From a virus (Duplodnaviria; Caudoviricetes): a stretch of 64,000 nt of DNA. Positions 38,372 to 47,780 of the stretch are shown here, piece after piece; within the stretch, counting starts at the first letter, position 1, and every line of letters begins with the position of its first letter. The position numbers were made by a program, and so were the translations under genes. The notes beneath the pieces were generated by a model that saw nothing but the letters and a program-made list of their open reading frames with translations, was not told the origin of the DNA and searched no databases. The stretch spans positions 2,106 to 66,105 of IMG/VR virus record IMGVR_UViG_2854744553_000002. One strand, given 5' to 3'.

Positions 38372-38499
38372 GGGCGCGCCTCCTGCGCACGCGCCACGCC
38401 GAACAGCGCAGCCACCAGCGGATCGCCCAAGGCGCCCGCCTTGCGGATCCAGTACTTGCTGCGCCAGTGCCGCTTAACGGTGGATTGTGTTTTGCTCAT
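38368..38499 (-). CDS. Small hypothetical protein (43 aa)
   Basis: ATGA overlaps at both ends; DPLVAALFG. Confidence 0.55.
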   Translation of the reverse strand: MSKTQSTVKRHWRSKYWIRKAGALGDPLVAALFGVARAQEARP

Positions 38500-39704
38500 A
38501 CTGCTTCCATTTCGAATATTGTGATTTGCCGAGGGTCGACCTCAGGAATCAGTGACAAGCGCGCTTCGCCAACTCGAGGCGCAGGCGTGCCGACCACCAC
38601 CTGGACGTCTGCAAGCAAGCTCGATTCCCCTTGGATGCGCTCGCGCGCGATCCCGGCGTAGGCCGGGTTTAGTTCTATGCCGATGCAATCGCGTTGCAGC
38701 CGATCTGCGACAAGGCCAGTGGTGCCAGCGCCGAAGAACGGATCCAGCACCGTGCCACCAGGTGGGCAGCCAGCGCGGATGCAAATCTCCGGCAATTCCG
38801 GCGGGAACGTGGCGAAGTGGGCCTCGGCGAACGAATGTGTGGCCATGGTCCAGACGCTACGTCGGTTGCGTAAGCCGGTTTCGTTCGGCGCGTTACCGTG
38901 CGTGGTGCGGTCGACGTCAGCATCGTTGTCGAAGGCGACGCCGGCCGTATAGACGCCACCGCCTCGAAACGACTTTGCACTACCCTTGAGCACACGGCCG
39001 CGCTCGCGGCCATCAGCGTCACTGCCGTGGCCGAAGCCGACACCATTACCGCGCGCGGATCGCTTCTGGGGCTTTTGGCCCGGCACCGCATAATCCTTGG
39101 TGCCGAAGCTATTGCGCGGGTGGTCGGCAAAGCCGACTGCCGGCTCCTTCACCGCCTCGGCGTCATAGAAATAGCTCGCACTCTTGCTCAGTAGGAAGAT
39201 GTACTCGTGGCTCTTGGTACAGCGGTCACGCACTGATTCGGGCATTGGATTCGGTTTGCTCCAGACGATGTCCTGGCGCACCCACCAGCCGGCGTCCTGC
39301 AGCGCAATCGCGAGCCGGTGCGGCATCATGCAGAGGTCCTTCGGTTTGAACCCCTCCAGTTTTTTGCGGTTAGGCTGCGTATTGACCATGCCGCGGCGGA
39401 TAAATCGCTCGCCTTGGTCGCCACCACCTGGCGCGCGGCCAACGGCGCCCGCGCCGGTGGCATAGCTGTCGCCCATATTGATCCAGCAGGTGCCATCAGC
39501 GCGCAGCACGCGGCGCGCTTCGTTAAAAACGTCGACCATCACCTCGATAAATTCCGCCGGGGTGGCTTCCAGGCCGATCTGGCCGTCGACGCCGTAGTCG
39601 CGCAAACCCCAATATGGCGGGCTGGTGACGATGCAGTGCACAGATTCGGCCGGCAGCGCGCGCAGCTGCTCGCGCACGTCGCCAATCATTATTGTTACGG
39701 TCAT
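38496..39704 (-). CDS. DNA amino-methyltransferase (N4-C/N6-A, beta class)
   Basis: TSPPYW, HFATFP and VLDPFFGAGTT motifs. Confidence 0.92.
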   Translation of the reverse strand: MTVTIMIGDVREQLRALPAESVHCIVTSPPYWGLRDYGVDGQIGLEATPAEFIEVMVDVFNEARRVLRADGTCWINMGDSYATGAGAVGRAPGGGDQGERFIRRGMVNTQPNRKKLEGFKPKDLCMMPHRLAIALQDAGWWVRQDIVWSKPNPMPESVRDRCTKSHEYIFLLSKSASYFYDAEAVKEPAVGFADHPRNSFGTKDYAVPGQKPQKRSARGNGVGFGHGSDADGRERGRVLKGSAKSFRGGGVYTAGVAFDNDADVDRTTHGNAPNETGLRNRRSVWTMATHSFAEAHFATFPPELPEICIRAGCPPGGTVLDPFFGAGTTGLVADRLQRDCIGIELNPAYAGIARERIQGESSLLADVQVVVGTPAPRVGEARLSLIPEVDPRQITIFEMEAV

Positions 39705-40147
39705 AACAGTCCCTCAGCTTTCAGGATTTCGTGTGTGCGGCCGACGGCCGCGCGAAACGCAGCCTCCAGGCCGGCCAGCGACAGATCGGCCGGGCGCGGG
39801 CGGCGGCCGTCGAGTACGTCGTGGCAGGCGCTGCAGCCGAACGCGGCAGCGGTGTCTGGCGCCTTCAGGCCCATGCCCTTCCCGTCCGCCAAGAAATTGC
39901 TGTGGCAGAGCACGGTGGTGTCGGGGTCGAAGTTGCAGACGGCCAGGCGCAGCGTGCAGTCCTGACCGCGCGCGGCGCGCCGGATCGGCGTCGAGCGTGG
40001 GCCTTTGGTCTTTAAGCCGGCCTTGCGCTTCGGCGCCGTGCGCTGGTGCGATTGCACGGAGAGCATGCCGGTGGTGGGCATGGGCGAGGTGCGCTTGAAT
40101 GGAGTGCGCGCAAGTGGCTTGCCGGCCTTCATGGGTGAGCGCTTCAT
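39701..40147 (-). CDS. DUF1364 (YbcO-like) putative nuclease
   Basis: ARGQDCTLR...C...TTVLCH...GMGLK...CSACHD. Confidence 0.85.
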   Translation of the reverse strand: MKRSPMKAGKPLARTPFKRTSPMPTTGMLSVQSHQRTAPKRKAGLKTKGPRSTPIRRAARGQDCTLRLAVCNFDPDTTVLCHSNFLADGKGMGLKAPDTAAAFGCSACHDVLDGRRPRPADLSLAGLEAAFRAAVGRTHEILKAEGLL

Positions 40148-40986
40148 TTACCACCGCCAATACTCAATGTGTTACTATTCCGCCAATTAAAACCGAGGAA
40201 ATCATGGTTGAGGAAAAGCTTATTAATTGGCAGCCATTGATTAGAGCGTGCAAATCTTTGAACTGGCCCTGGCGGCTGCTTGCTGGCGTCAGCATCCTTG
40301 GGATAATTGTTGAGCTTGGATACTTCGCGTTCTACGCGATACCTTGGCCGAAATTCGGAGTGGCGGAGTGGGCGTATTGGGTCGCAGCAATAGGAACAAC
40401 AGGTACTTTGATCGGAACATTGTGGATTGCGACGAGTGAAAATAGAAGGCGGCGAAACGATGCATCTGCAGTTGCACGCCTGACTGCTGCCGCTATGTAT
40501 TTTCAACATCTCCACAATCAAGCCAACGCAAACTTTGCACTCCACTGCCTTAAGGTGGCCAATAACCATGAGCTTTTGGCACTCAAGGGCATGGAACACA
40601 TTCTTATTCTCACCAAGAACGCTCACCGCCTCTTGGCAAAAGTTAACCAGTGGACTCCGACTGAGCTCCTTCGATTGGCGCCATTGCACGGCGACTGCGC
40701 CGCACAACTTGCTGCCGCACATGGGCGAATCGGCTCCACAATGTCGTTGCTCAGTGACATCGAAGAAAGCTCGCAGAATCAGGCCTCCTTCTTCGAGCAC
40801 CTGAGTACCAATTGCACGGTGTTGGAAAGTGCCGTTCAGCAACTTCAGAGCACCAGTCGAATATTTGAGACAGTGATAGATAATTCTTAACGGTTTTTGC
40901 GTTCCATCATGACTATCACTGAGGCGCCGACGCGTTGAAATGGCGCGCACGCCACGCCGTTTTTCGCAGGTAAAGTTCATCGTCAT
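40144..40986 (-). other. Stop-free antisense bridge ORF (280 codons)
   Basis: ATGA overlap with the PAPS-reductase stop and ATGA overlap with the DUF1364 start; translation not shown. Confidence 0.5.
40204..40890 (+). CDS. Membrane-anchored accessory protein, backwards in the operon (paralogue A)
   Basis: GAGG RBS; two TM segments ending AAIGTTGTLIGTLWIATSENRRR. Confidence 0.8.
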   Translation: MVEEKLINWQPLIRACKSLNWPWRLLAGVSILGIIVELGYFAFYAIPWPKFGVAEWAYWVAAIGTTGTLIGTLWIATSENRRRRNDASAVARLTAAAMYFQHLHNQANANFALHCLKVANNHELLALKGMEHILILTKNAHRLLAKVNQWTPTELLRLAPLHGDCAAQLAAAHGRIGSTMSLLSDIEESSQNQASFFEHLSTNCTVLESAVQQLQSTSRIFETVIDNS

Positions 40987-41975
40987 TCGCATAATCCGTA
41001 AGCAGAGCTGCACGCCGTTGGTTCGTCCAACGCTGTGAGCAGCGAAAATTGTTTGCCGCCACGGCTGGTCTTTGACCATTCGACCACCGATTCAATGGTC
41101 GACGCCTGCCCCGCGTGCGCCTTGGTTCCCATGTGGAAGAAAGACACTGGCGAACGCGGCCGGCACACCTCGGATACAAGGGCTTCCCATTCGGCGATCC
41201 GGGCGATATGCTCAGGGAACCGGCGCGACACCTCGTGCAACGCCCCTTTACTGCAGTTGATGCAAGGCATGCAGCCGACGCGTGACATTCCTTGCTTGTA
41301 GAGCGGATTCGGCTCGATGCCGGCCAGGCGGTGGGCTTCGAACACGTCGCAAACATTCCAGCGCAAGATTGGCCGGTAAGTGAACAGGCCGCCGCCAACG
41401 ACTTCGAAGTGTTTGACACACGCGCCAGTGCCTTGCAATCGCTCGCGGCGTGACTGGCTTTCATCGATCCGCACGCCCTGCCAGGACCAGATCGCATCGC
41501 ATTCATGATCGATCAATTCCATGGCGAACTCCGTCAATGGCTTGGTCTTGAGGTATTCCGTGCAGAACTGCCGCTTGCGCGATGGGAAGCCGCCGCGCAC
41601 CATGCGAAGGTCCAGGTACGGGTTTCCAGTTGGATGCAGTAGTTCAAGCGCACGCTGGGCCGCCTCTGCTGTCCAGTGGTACATGAACTTGCGCTTTCCA
41701 TACACAGCAGATTCGGGCTCTCCAGCTGCGATACGTGCCAAGTTGGCGCGTTTGGTAGCGAACTCATCAGCGAAGTCAGCTCGCACCACGTTGACATTGA
41801 TGCCTAGGGCCGCGGGCAAGTAGTCCAGCGCATATTCCAGCGTGCTCTCGTGCTCGTTGCCCGTATCGGCCATGACGAAGCGGCACGCGGCCATACCGTA
41901 CTGCTCGAGCGCGAGAATAGCGGTGGCTGTGCTGTCTTTGCCGCCCGAAAGTGAAATCAAGTGGATCAGGCTCAT
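40983..41975 (-). CDS. PAPS reductase family (PP-loop, Fe-S) protein
   Basis: SGGKDS, DTGNE, FCTEYLK, GVRIDES.SR, RVGCMPC motifs. Confidence 0.9.
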   Translation of the reverse strand: MSLIHLISLSGGKDSTATAILALEQYGMAACRFVMADTGNEHESTLEYALDYLPAALGINVNVVRADFADEFATKRANLARIAAGEPESAVYGKRKFMYHWTAEAAQRALELLHPTGNPYLDLRMVRGGFPSRKRQFCTEYLKTKPLTEFAMELIDHECDAIWSWQGVRIDESQSRRERLQGTGACVKHFEVVGGGLFTYRPILRWNVCDVFEAHRLAGIEPNPLYKQGMSRVGCMPCINCSKGALHEVSRRFPEHIARIAEWEALVSEVCRPRSPVSFFHMGTKAHAGQASTIESVVEWSKTSRGGKQFSLLTALDEPTACSSAYGLCE

Positions 41976-42736
41976 GATAAGATTTCCTTTTGACAAGGAA
42001 AACAATGACAAGCACCATCCGGCGCCACCGTGCGGCAATCACGATTTCGCTTTGCGCTGTAATTTTCACAACCCTCGGGGTGCTCAACTTGCCTTACTTG
42101 ACGCCATTTTGGACAACTCTGCAACCCGGTGATAAAGGAACTTGGAGCGGTGCTATCGGGACTGTAGCAACCTTGGTCGGTACCATCTGGCTTGCAACTA
42201 ATGAAAGCCGTAAACGAATCAGGGATGAGCGAGCATTGGCAATCGTTACTTGCATGAGCCTGCTTGTGCGACAGCTGAAAGCCTTGATTACCATCAAAAC
42301 CGTGCTGAATCAGCTCGAACATGAAATACCAGCTGACCTTGGCGTAAGTTTCCTGCAATGTTCTCAAATGTTGTCTCAAACCAAACTTTGGACCATTCAA
42401 GAGATAATTCCGATCATTGTGCTCCCGAACGACGCTGCAGCAGTACTCATACATGCCACCGAGGGAATCCGCCATTGCATTGTTGAGTTGCGCGACCTCT
42501 CGACAGAGTCGCGTGAATGTATGTTGCGGAATTTGCCGGATATCACTAGCCAACTGAAAACTGCCCACGACGCTATAGAGAGTGGTCATGCCGAATGCCA
42601 GAGAGCAGTTTATGGTCGATGATCGGCATTCAAAGATAGTCATTTCTCTCTCCGCACGCCATGCAGCGACCGTATCGACCGATCTAGCGGCGTTGCCGCC
42701 CTCGGACTTGAATGCGGTTGAAATTCTGAAATGCAT
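41972..42736 (-). other. Stop-free antisense bridge ORF (254 codons)
   Basis: GGAGG RBS, ATG 2 nt after the upstream stop, ends in ATGA overlap with the PAPS-reductase start. Confidence 0.5.
42005..42622 (+). CDS. Membrane-anchored accessory protein, backwards in the operon (paralogue B)
   Basis: AAGGA RBS; GAIGTVATLVGTIWLATNESRKR. Confidence 0.8.
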   Translation: MTSTIRRHRAAITISLCAVIFTTLGVLNLPYLTPFWTTLQPGDKGTWSGAIGTVATLVGTIWLATNESRKRIRDERALAIVTCMSLLVRQLKALITIKTVLNQLEHEIPADLGVSFLQCSQMLSQTKLWTIQEIIPIIVLPNDAAAVLIHATEGIRHCIVELRDLSTESRECMLRNLPDITSQLKTAHDAIESGHAECQRAVYGR

Positions 42737-42738
42737 GT

Positions 42739-43164
42739 TCAATCCTCCATCGCGCGCTTGATACCAGCGGCGTCGAGGCCAGCAGCCTTGCAACCCAGGC
42801 GAGTGGCGTAGAAATAGGTCATGTCGCCGCATGCGCGGCCGGCCGTGGCCAGGCCGGCGGCCACCAGGCGCTGCATTGCCTCGTGCTGCTGGCCGCTGCC
42901 GGCAGCAAAGTAATTGCGATAGCCCCAGCGATTCTTCGGCTTGCCCTGTACGGCGCCCAGCATGTGCTGCAGCTTGGCAAAGTCGCCAGGCATGATTGCA
43001 TCGCGGACGGCTGCCAGCGCGCAGGCGGCGCATTTGCCGTGCTGGGACAGTTGCTTGGCGGTGCTGGCCTTGCCGCAGGCGCATAGTTTGCGGATCAGCG
43101 AATAGGCGGGCGCGGCTTGGTTGGCCAGATGGTGGCGCGTAATTTGGGCCGGGTTTGTGATCAT
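42739..43164 (-). CDS. Hypothetical phage protein (frame is open back to GTG 43593)
   Basis: MITNPAQ...CACG...CAAC...LQHMLG...WGYRNYF. Confidence 0.7.
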   Translation of the reverse strand: MITNPAQITRHHLANQAAPAYSLIRKLCACGKASTAKQLSQHGKCAACALAAVRDAIMPGDFAKLQHMLGAVQGKPKNRWGYRNYFAAGSGQQHEAMQRLVAAGLATAGRACGDMTYFYATRLGCKAAGLDAAGIKRAMED

Positions 43165-43197
43165 GCTACGATACCTTTTTAGCAATGGGAGCCATAA

Positions 43198-43563
43198 ATG
43201 ACCTTGAATACCTTGCATTCCTTTGACGATCACATCTTGGATGTGGGTTTCGCACAAGTTTCTGACGGTTGGCGCGGCGAATACCGCATTGAGAGAGGCG
43301 GGGCAACGATTCACCGAGACCAAACTCGAAAAGTCGAATCCACCCCTGGCCTTGCTGAGAGCGCGGCACTTGAAGATGCGGAGGCTTGGGTGGAACGCAG
43401 CCAAGGTACGACGGTGGCTGTAAATGCCGGCGTATATGAAATGGGTTCGCAACAGATCGCGCGCGAATCGCGGAAATGGATTAAAGAAAATTTGCATGAC
43501 ACATCCAACTTCCTTGAAATCTTCCAAGTTGCACAACTCATCGCGTCGCCCGGCCGGAAATAG
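43198..43563 (+). CDS. Small accessory protein, backwards in the operon
   Basis: GGGAG RBS, TG-c-TACGAT extended -10 at 43164-43172, lower GC. Confidence 0.7.
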   Translation: MTLNTLHSFDDHILDVGFAQVSDGWRGEYRIERGGATIHRDQTRKVESTPGLAESAALEDAEAWVERSQGTTVAVNAGVYEMGSQQIARESRKWIKENLHDTSNFLEIFQVAQLIASPGRK

Positions 43564-43589
43564 CAATGCTGGATTGAGTACGCGTGCTT

Positions 43590-45833
43590 TCACGCCACCC
43601 TCGCAATCTCGCGCTCATGCGCGAAGTTGGCGAGGATCAAGGCCTTGGCCATGGGTGGGCAGACTGAATTGCCGCACATGCGCACTTGGGCGCTCTTCGT
43701 CAGTTTCAGGCCCTGTGCTGGGTCGTCGCCGATGATGTAATCGTCGGGGAAGCCCTGGGCCCGGAAAAGCTCGCGCGGCTGCAACATGCGCAGGCCAATA
43801 TCCACGATCTGATAGTCCTGGCCGTGGATCGTCACCAAGCCGAAGCGGTCGCGGCTCGTGACGGTGGCCAGCGGCCCGTCGATCTCCGGCGCCTGGTCGG
43901 TACCGTAATAGCTCAGCAGGAATGCGCGCACCTCGGCATGGTGCTGTCCGCCGGCGCTGACCGTGCCCAGCGGCTCGTCCGTGCCGGCCGCCGTGCTGGT
44001 GCCGCGCAGCTTGACCAGGTTGCTGGTGACGATGCCCAGCGCGTGCGGCGCACCAGCTGGGTTTTCCTTCGGCCCGGCCGTGATCGTCGGCAGCGGCGTG
44101 TTCATGTCGCTACCGGTGGCGCCGGTGCGGAATTTAGTGATGTGCGCCGACACCATCGAGAAATGGCCGCCCTTGACCTGGGCGCAGATGGTGCGCAGCG
44201 GCTCGTCGACTGGCATCACGCGCTGATTGCTCGCGTTGGCGTGCTCCGTCAAGAACGCCGTCACTAGGCTGTGGTGGTCGCATGCGGTGACCGTGCCGAT
44301 AGGATCGGCCAGGTCCGAGCCGACGACGCCCGTGTAATGCTTCGCCAGGAACGCTGTGGCCACGGCCTTGTTGCCGCTGGCCTTCACGGTGCCCAGTGGC
44401 GCCTCGACGTCGTGCGCGCCAGTACCCCAGCGCTTCACGCCGCTGGGCGTTACCTCGCCGTGCGCGGCGTCGACCAGCACAGCCGTCACCAGCGCTGCGT
44501 CGGCCTTCGACGTGGCGGTCGCAGTTGGCTCGTTCAGGCCGCGCGGGCGGCTCTGGCCGGCGCGGCCGCCGACGCCGGTAAGCAGCGCGGACACGAGCGC
44601 CTGGTTGCCGGCAGCGGTGATCGTTGGTACCGGCATATCGGCGCCAGCGCCGGGGTGGCCGGTGGTATTGGTCATGACGAATGGCACAAGCTCAGCTTCG
44701 ACCAGCGCATGCTTCGCGGCCGCGCCCACCACAGTGCCCAGCGGTTTCTCGATATCAAGGGCACGCGGCGCCTGGCCTTCGCGCTCGCCGTAGCCGACTT
44801 GCACCAGCGTGGCCACGCCCAACGCCTTCTCGCCGCGGTGAGCGCCGGTGATGGTGCGGAACGGTTCCCCGATGGATTCGGTGCGGTCGCCGCCCTGGTG
44901 CGTGACCGGGACGATGGTCGGCGCGCAGAAATAGCTGTCGTTGCGCGCCAGCAGCGTGCCGAATGGGCGCGCAGTTGGGCGCGGCTCGCCGGCGCGCGCC
45001 GGGCCGCCGGCGCCGACGATGAACGGATCGGCCGCGTCAACCACGTAGCGCATGATGCCCTTGGCGATCCGGCGCAGCGTCGCTGGCGCCAGCGGCCGGT
45101 CGCGCTCGAAGATCGACGGGCACGGCAAGCTGAAGTCGATGCACTCGGCCGCCGTGCGGTACGGCAGCAGCTTGCCGGCGCGCACGCCGATGCTGTCTGG
45201 CGCGCCATGGGTAGGCTCCGGCCACTTGATGGCGATACCGTCGCGGCGCGCCACCAGGAAGAAGCGTTTGCGGATGGTGGGCGTGTCGTGGTCGCAGCCG
45301 CGCATTTCGCGGTAGTCGACGGTATAGCCGTGCCCGCGCAGCTGGCGAATGAAACTATCGAAGGTCTTGCCCTTCTTCGCCGGATCCGGCTTGGCGCTGC
45401 CGTCCGCCGCAACCAGCAGCGGGCCCCACGTTTTGAATTCCTCGACGTTTTCCAGCATGATCACGCGCGGCTTGCACTTGGCCGCCCAGCGCAGCGTCAC
45501 CCAGGCCAGGCCTCGGATGCGCTTCTCGACGGGCTTGCCGCCCTTGGCCTTGCTGAAATGCTTGCAGTCTGGCGACAGCCAGACCAGACCGACCGGACGA
45601 TTGTTCGTGACCTTGATCGGGTCAACGTCCCACACGCTCTCGCACAGGTGCGTGGTGTGCGGGTGGTTCGCCGCGTGCATGGCCAGCGCTTCGGGATCGT
45701 GGTTGATAGCGATATCGACCGGGCGGCCGAATGCCTGCTCCAGGCCAGTGCTAGTGCCACCACCGCCCGCAAAGTTGTCGATAATCAACTCTTTGCCAAG
45801 GTCGAGGGACAAGGTGAAAGCATCGCGCTTCAT
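43590..45833 (-). CDS. C5-cytosine DNA methyltransferase with an expanded repetitive variable region
   Basis: FAGGGG, SPDC, ENV, RKRFF and GNSV motifs. Confidence 0.93.
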   Translation of the reverse strand: MKRDAFTLSLDLGKELIIDNFAGGGGTSTGLEQAFGRPVDIAINHDPEALAMHAANHPHTTHLCESVWDVDPIKVTNNRPVGLVWLSPDCKHFSKAKGGKPVEKRIRGLAWVTLRWAAKCKPRVIMLENVEEFKTWGPLLVAADGSAKPDPAKKGKTFDSFIRQLRGHGYTVDYREMRGCDHDTPTIRKRFFLVARRDGIAIKWPEPTHGAPDSIGVRAGKLLPYRTAAECIDFSLPCPSIFERDRPLAPATLRRIAKGIMRYVVDAADPFIVGAGGPARAGEPRPTARPFGTLLARNDSYFCAPTIVPVTHQGGDRTESIGEPFRTITGAHRGEKALGVATLVQVGYGEREGQAPRALDIEKPLGTVVGAAAKHALVEAELVPFVMTNTTGHPGAGADMPVPTITAAGNQALVSALLTGVGGRAGQSRPRGLNEPTATATSKADAALVTAVLVDAAHGEVTPSGVKRWGTGAHDVEAPLGTVKASGNKAVATAFLAKHYTGVVGSDLADPIGTVTACDHHSLVTAFLTEHANASNQRVMPVDEPLRTICAQVKGGHFSMVSAHITKFRTGATGSDMNTPLPTITAGPKENPAGAPHALGIVTSNLVKLRGTSTAAGTDEPLGTVSAGGQHHAEVRAFLLSYYGTDQAPEIDGPLATVTSRDRFGLVTIHGQDYQIVDIGLRMLQPRELFRAQGFPDDYIIGDDPAQGLKLTKSAQVRMCGNSVCPPMAKALILANFAHEREIARVA

Positions 45834-46234
45834 GGCCGCACCTCCGCAGCTGGCCGGCGAACGACCACGACAGGCATTGCGCCCACCGTGCCACGAAAGT
45901 GTGGCGTGGCCACCTGGCCAGGCAGTTCAGGCTCAGCGCCCAGCAGCGCCGCGCGCGAGGCGTCTTTCAGCACGTAGCGGATGCCCGCCAGGCGCACATT
46001 ACCCTGGATGAAGCGGGAAAAAATCATGCGCAGGCGGTGTTCCATGCCCGCTTCTTCGATATCGAAGCCAGCGCGTTCGCAGATTTGGTAGAAGGTGCCA
46101 GGCCCGGCCAGCATCGCCTGCAGTAGCGCGTACGAGCGGGAACCTTGCTTCGGCAGCGTGACGCCAGAACGGCGGCGCTTCGTCTTATTTACGCCAAAAG
46201 TCGGGCGCGGGCGATTGTCAGCTTGGCCAGTCAC
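45830..46234 (-). CDS. Hypothetical (possibly winged-helix) protein
   Basis: GTGA and ATGA overlaps at its ends. Confidence 0.6.
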   Translation of the reverse strand: MTGQADNRPRPTFGVNKTKRRRSGVTLPKQGSRSYALLQAMLAGPGTFYQICERAGFDIEEAGMEHRLRMIFSRFIQGNVRLAGIRYVLKDASRAALLGAEPELPGQVATPHFRGTVGAMPVVVVRRPAAEVRP

Positions 46235-46989
46235 AATGCCACCTCGGCCAGAACGGAATCGCGCCATTTCACTTGCTGGATAGGCGCGCCGCTGGAATGC
46301 GCCTTGCCGGTGTCCGCCACGAAAGCATGCGCACGCCCCTTCTCCGTCGGCACCCAATGGCCTGCGATATTGTCTTGCAGGCCGGCCTGCACCAGCAGCT
46401 GGTTGAACGCCTTGCCGCTCTTGACGAAGCGGCTGCCCAGCTCCGTCGGCGTGTAGTAAATCTCCTGGCTGGGCGTGGCCAGGTGCGTGCGATCCATCAG
46501 CTGCAGCATGTTGATGCCGGTCAGCGCGGCCGTGCCCTGGTTCGCGCTGATGGCTGCGGCATTCTTGTCGAGGCCAATCAGGCGCGCGATGCCGAAGATG
46601 GCACGGAATTCCTTGGCGGGCGAGATTGCGCTGCGCGCAGTCGGCGCGGCTGGCGCCTGGCCGGTGGCCACCGCGTCGAAGGTGCGGATAACTTCCAAGT
46701 GGAACTTGGGACTGATCCACATGGCGTATGCGTACACCAGCTCCTTGCAGACGAAGGTGCCGCCGTTGCGGCCCTGGGTGGTGATGGTAGACAAACTCTG
46801 CGCCGGCGCAGAGTTTAATTCCGCTTCCAGCTCCTGGATTTCCGGGCGGCGGAAGAAGAATGCAGGCTGATGGCGACTTTCCGCGCCAGCAGCCTTGTGC
46901 AGATCGTTGAGGCAAAACCGGCCTTCTTTATCGACCGCGATCAGCGTATTCGCTATCGTGATGCCTTTGTGTTGTACAATTTCGGTCAT
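46231..46989 (-). CDS. KilA-N domain protein with antirepressor-type C-terminus
   Basis: GRFCLNDLHKAAG...GTFVCKELVYAYAMWISPKFHL; TPTELG...FNQLL...WVPTEKG. Confidence 0.88.
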   Translation of the reverse strand: MTEIVQHKGITIANTLIAVDKEGRFCLNDLHKAAGAESRHQPAFFFRRPEIQELEAELNSAPAQSLSTITTQGRNGGTFVCKELVYAYAMWISPKFHLEVIRTFDAVATGQAPAAPTARSAISPAKEFRAIFGIARLIGLDKNAAAISANQGTAALTGINMLQLMDRTHLATPSQEIYYTPTELGSRFVKSGKAFNQLLVQAGLQDNIAGHWVPTEKGRAHAFVADTGKAHSSGAPIQQVKWRDSVLAEVAL

Positions 46990-47207
46990 AAATTCTTTCG
47001 CGAATTTTTGTTGTTTCAAGGAAGCCCGCCTGCCAGCGGGCTTTTTTCATTTCTGGCCTTGCAGTTCCTGCAGGATTGCTTCGTAGTGCCGGCGCGTCCG
47101 GACGTGGCCGGGGTCGACTGGCAATTCGCGCTCGCGGTGCTCTTGCTGCTGGGCGCCCTGCTCGGCCTGCGCCGGCGTAGCGCCTTCCGGCTGCATCGTC
47201 GTCCAGG

Positions 47208-47471
47208 TCAAGCTGGCACCTCGTCGCGCGCGATGCGCTTGAGCTCGCCAATCGACACGTCGAACACCTCGTGCATGCGGATCAACAGCGAGGCGCCGAT
47301 AGGCAGGCGGCCGTGGCGAATCTTGGAAATCACTGGCGGCGCCACTTCCAGCGCGCGGGCCAGAGCTGCGTCGTTCTTCGGACCCTTGGCCAGCAGCATG
47401 TCGAGCAATTCGTTGTTGCCGTGGGCGTCGTCCAGTGAGCGGTACGGCTTGATTGCAGTTGTTTGCGTCAT
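47208..47471 (-). CDS. Small HTH DNA-binding protein
   Basis: KNDAALARALEVAPPVISKIRHG. Confidence 0.8.
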   Translation of the reverse strand: MTQTTAIKPYRSLDDAHGNNELLDMLLAKGPKNDAALARALEVAPPVISKIRHGRLPIGASLLIRMHEVFDVSIGELKRIARDEVPA

Positions 47472-47780
47472 GTCATATTCCTAATTGATGGTGATTAAAG
47501 TGCCCGATTCCGGCCATGCGATGCTGTAGCTGTCGGGTGTGGGCTCGTTATGGAGGCTCGCGCCGCGGCACCTCGTATTTTTTCGCCACCCTGTCGGTGG
47601 CATCGCGCCATTTCTGGCGCGCTTCCTTGTGCGCGGCCTTCGCCGCGCTCTCGCCCTCCCCGTCCTTGGCACCCTGCAGGTCTTTCTCGGCCTGGCGGTA
47701 GATCATCGAGCGCTGGAAAATCAGCTCCTTCTCCTCGGCTGTGACCTCGGCTTGTTTATTCAATAGCTGCCTCCATGCCG

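Noticed and set aside
40983-41975. Dnd/Ssp phosphorothioation system or sulfate assimilation (cysH)
   Set aside because: No partner dnd/ssp or cys genes; lone PAPS-reductase-family genes are common in prophages.
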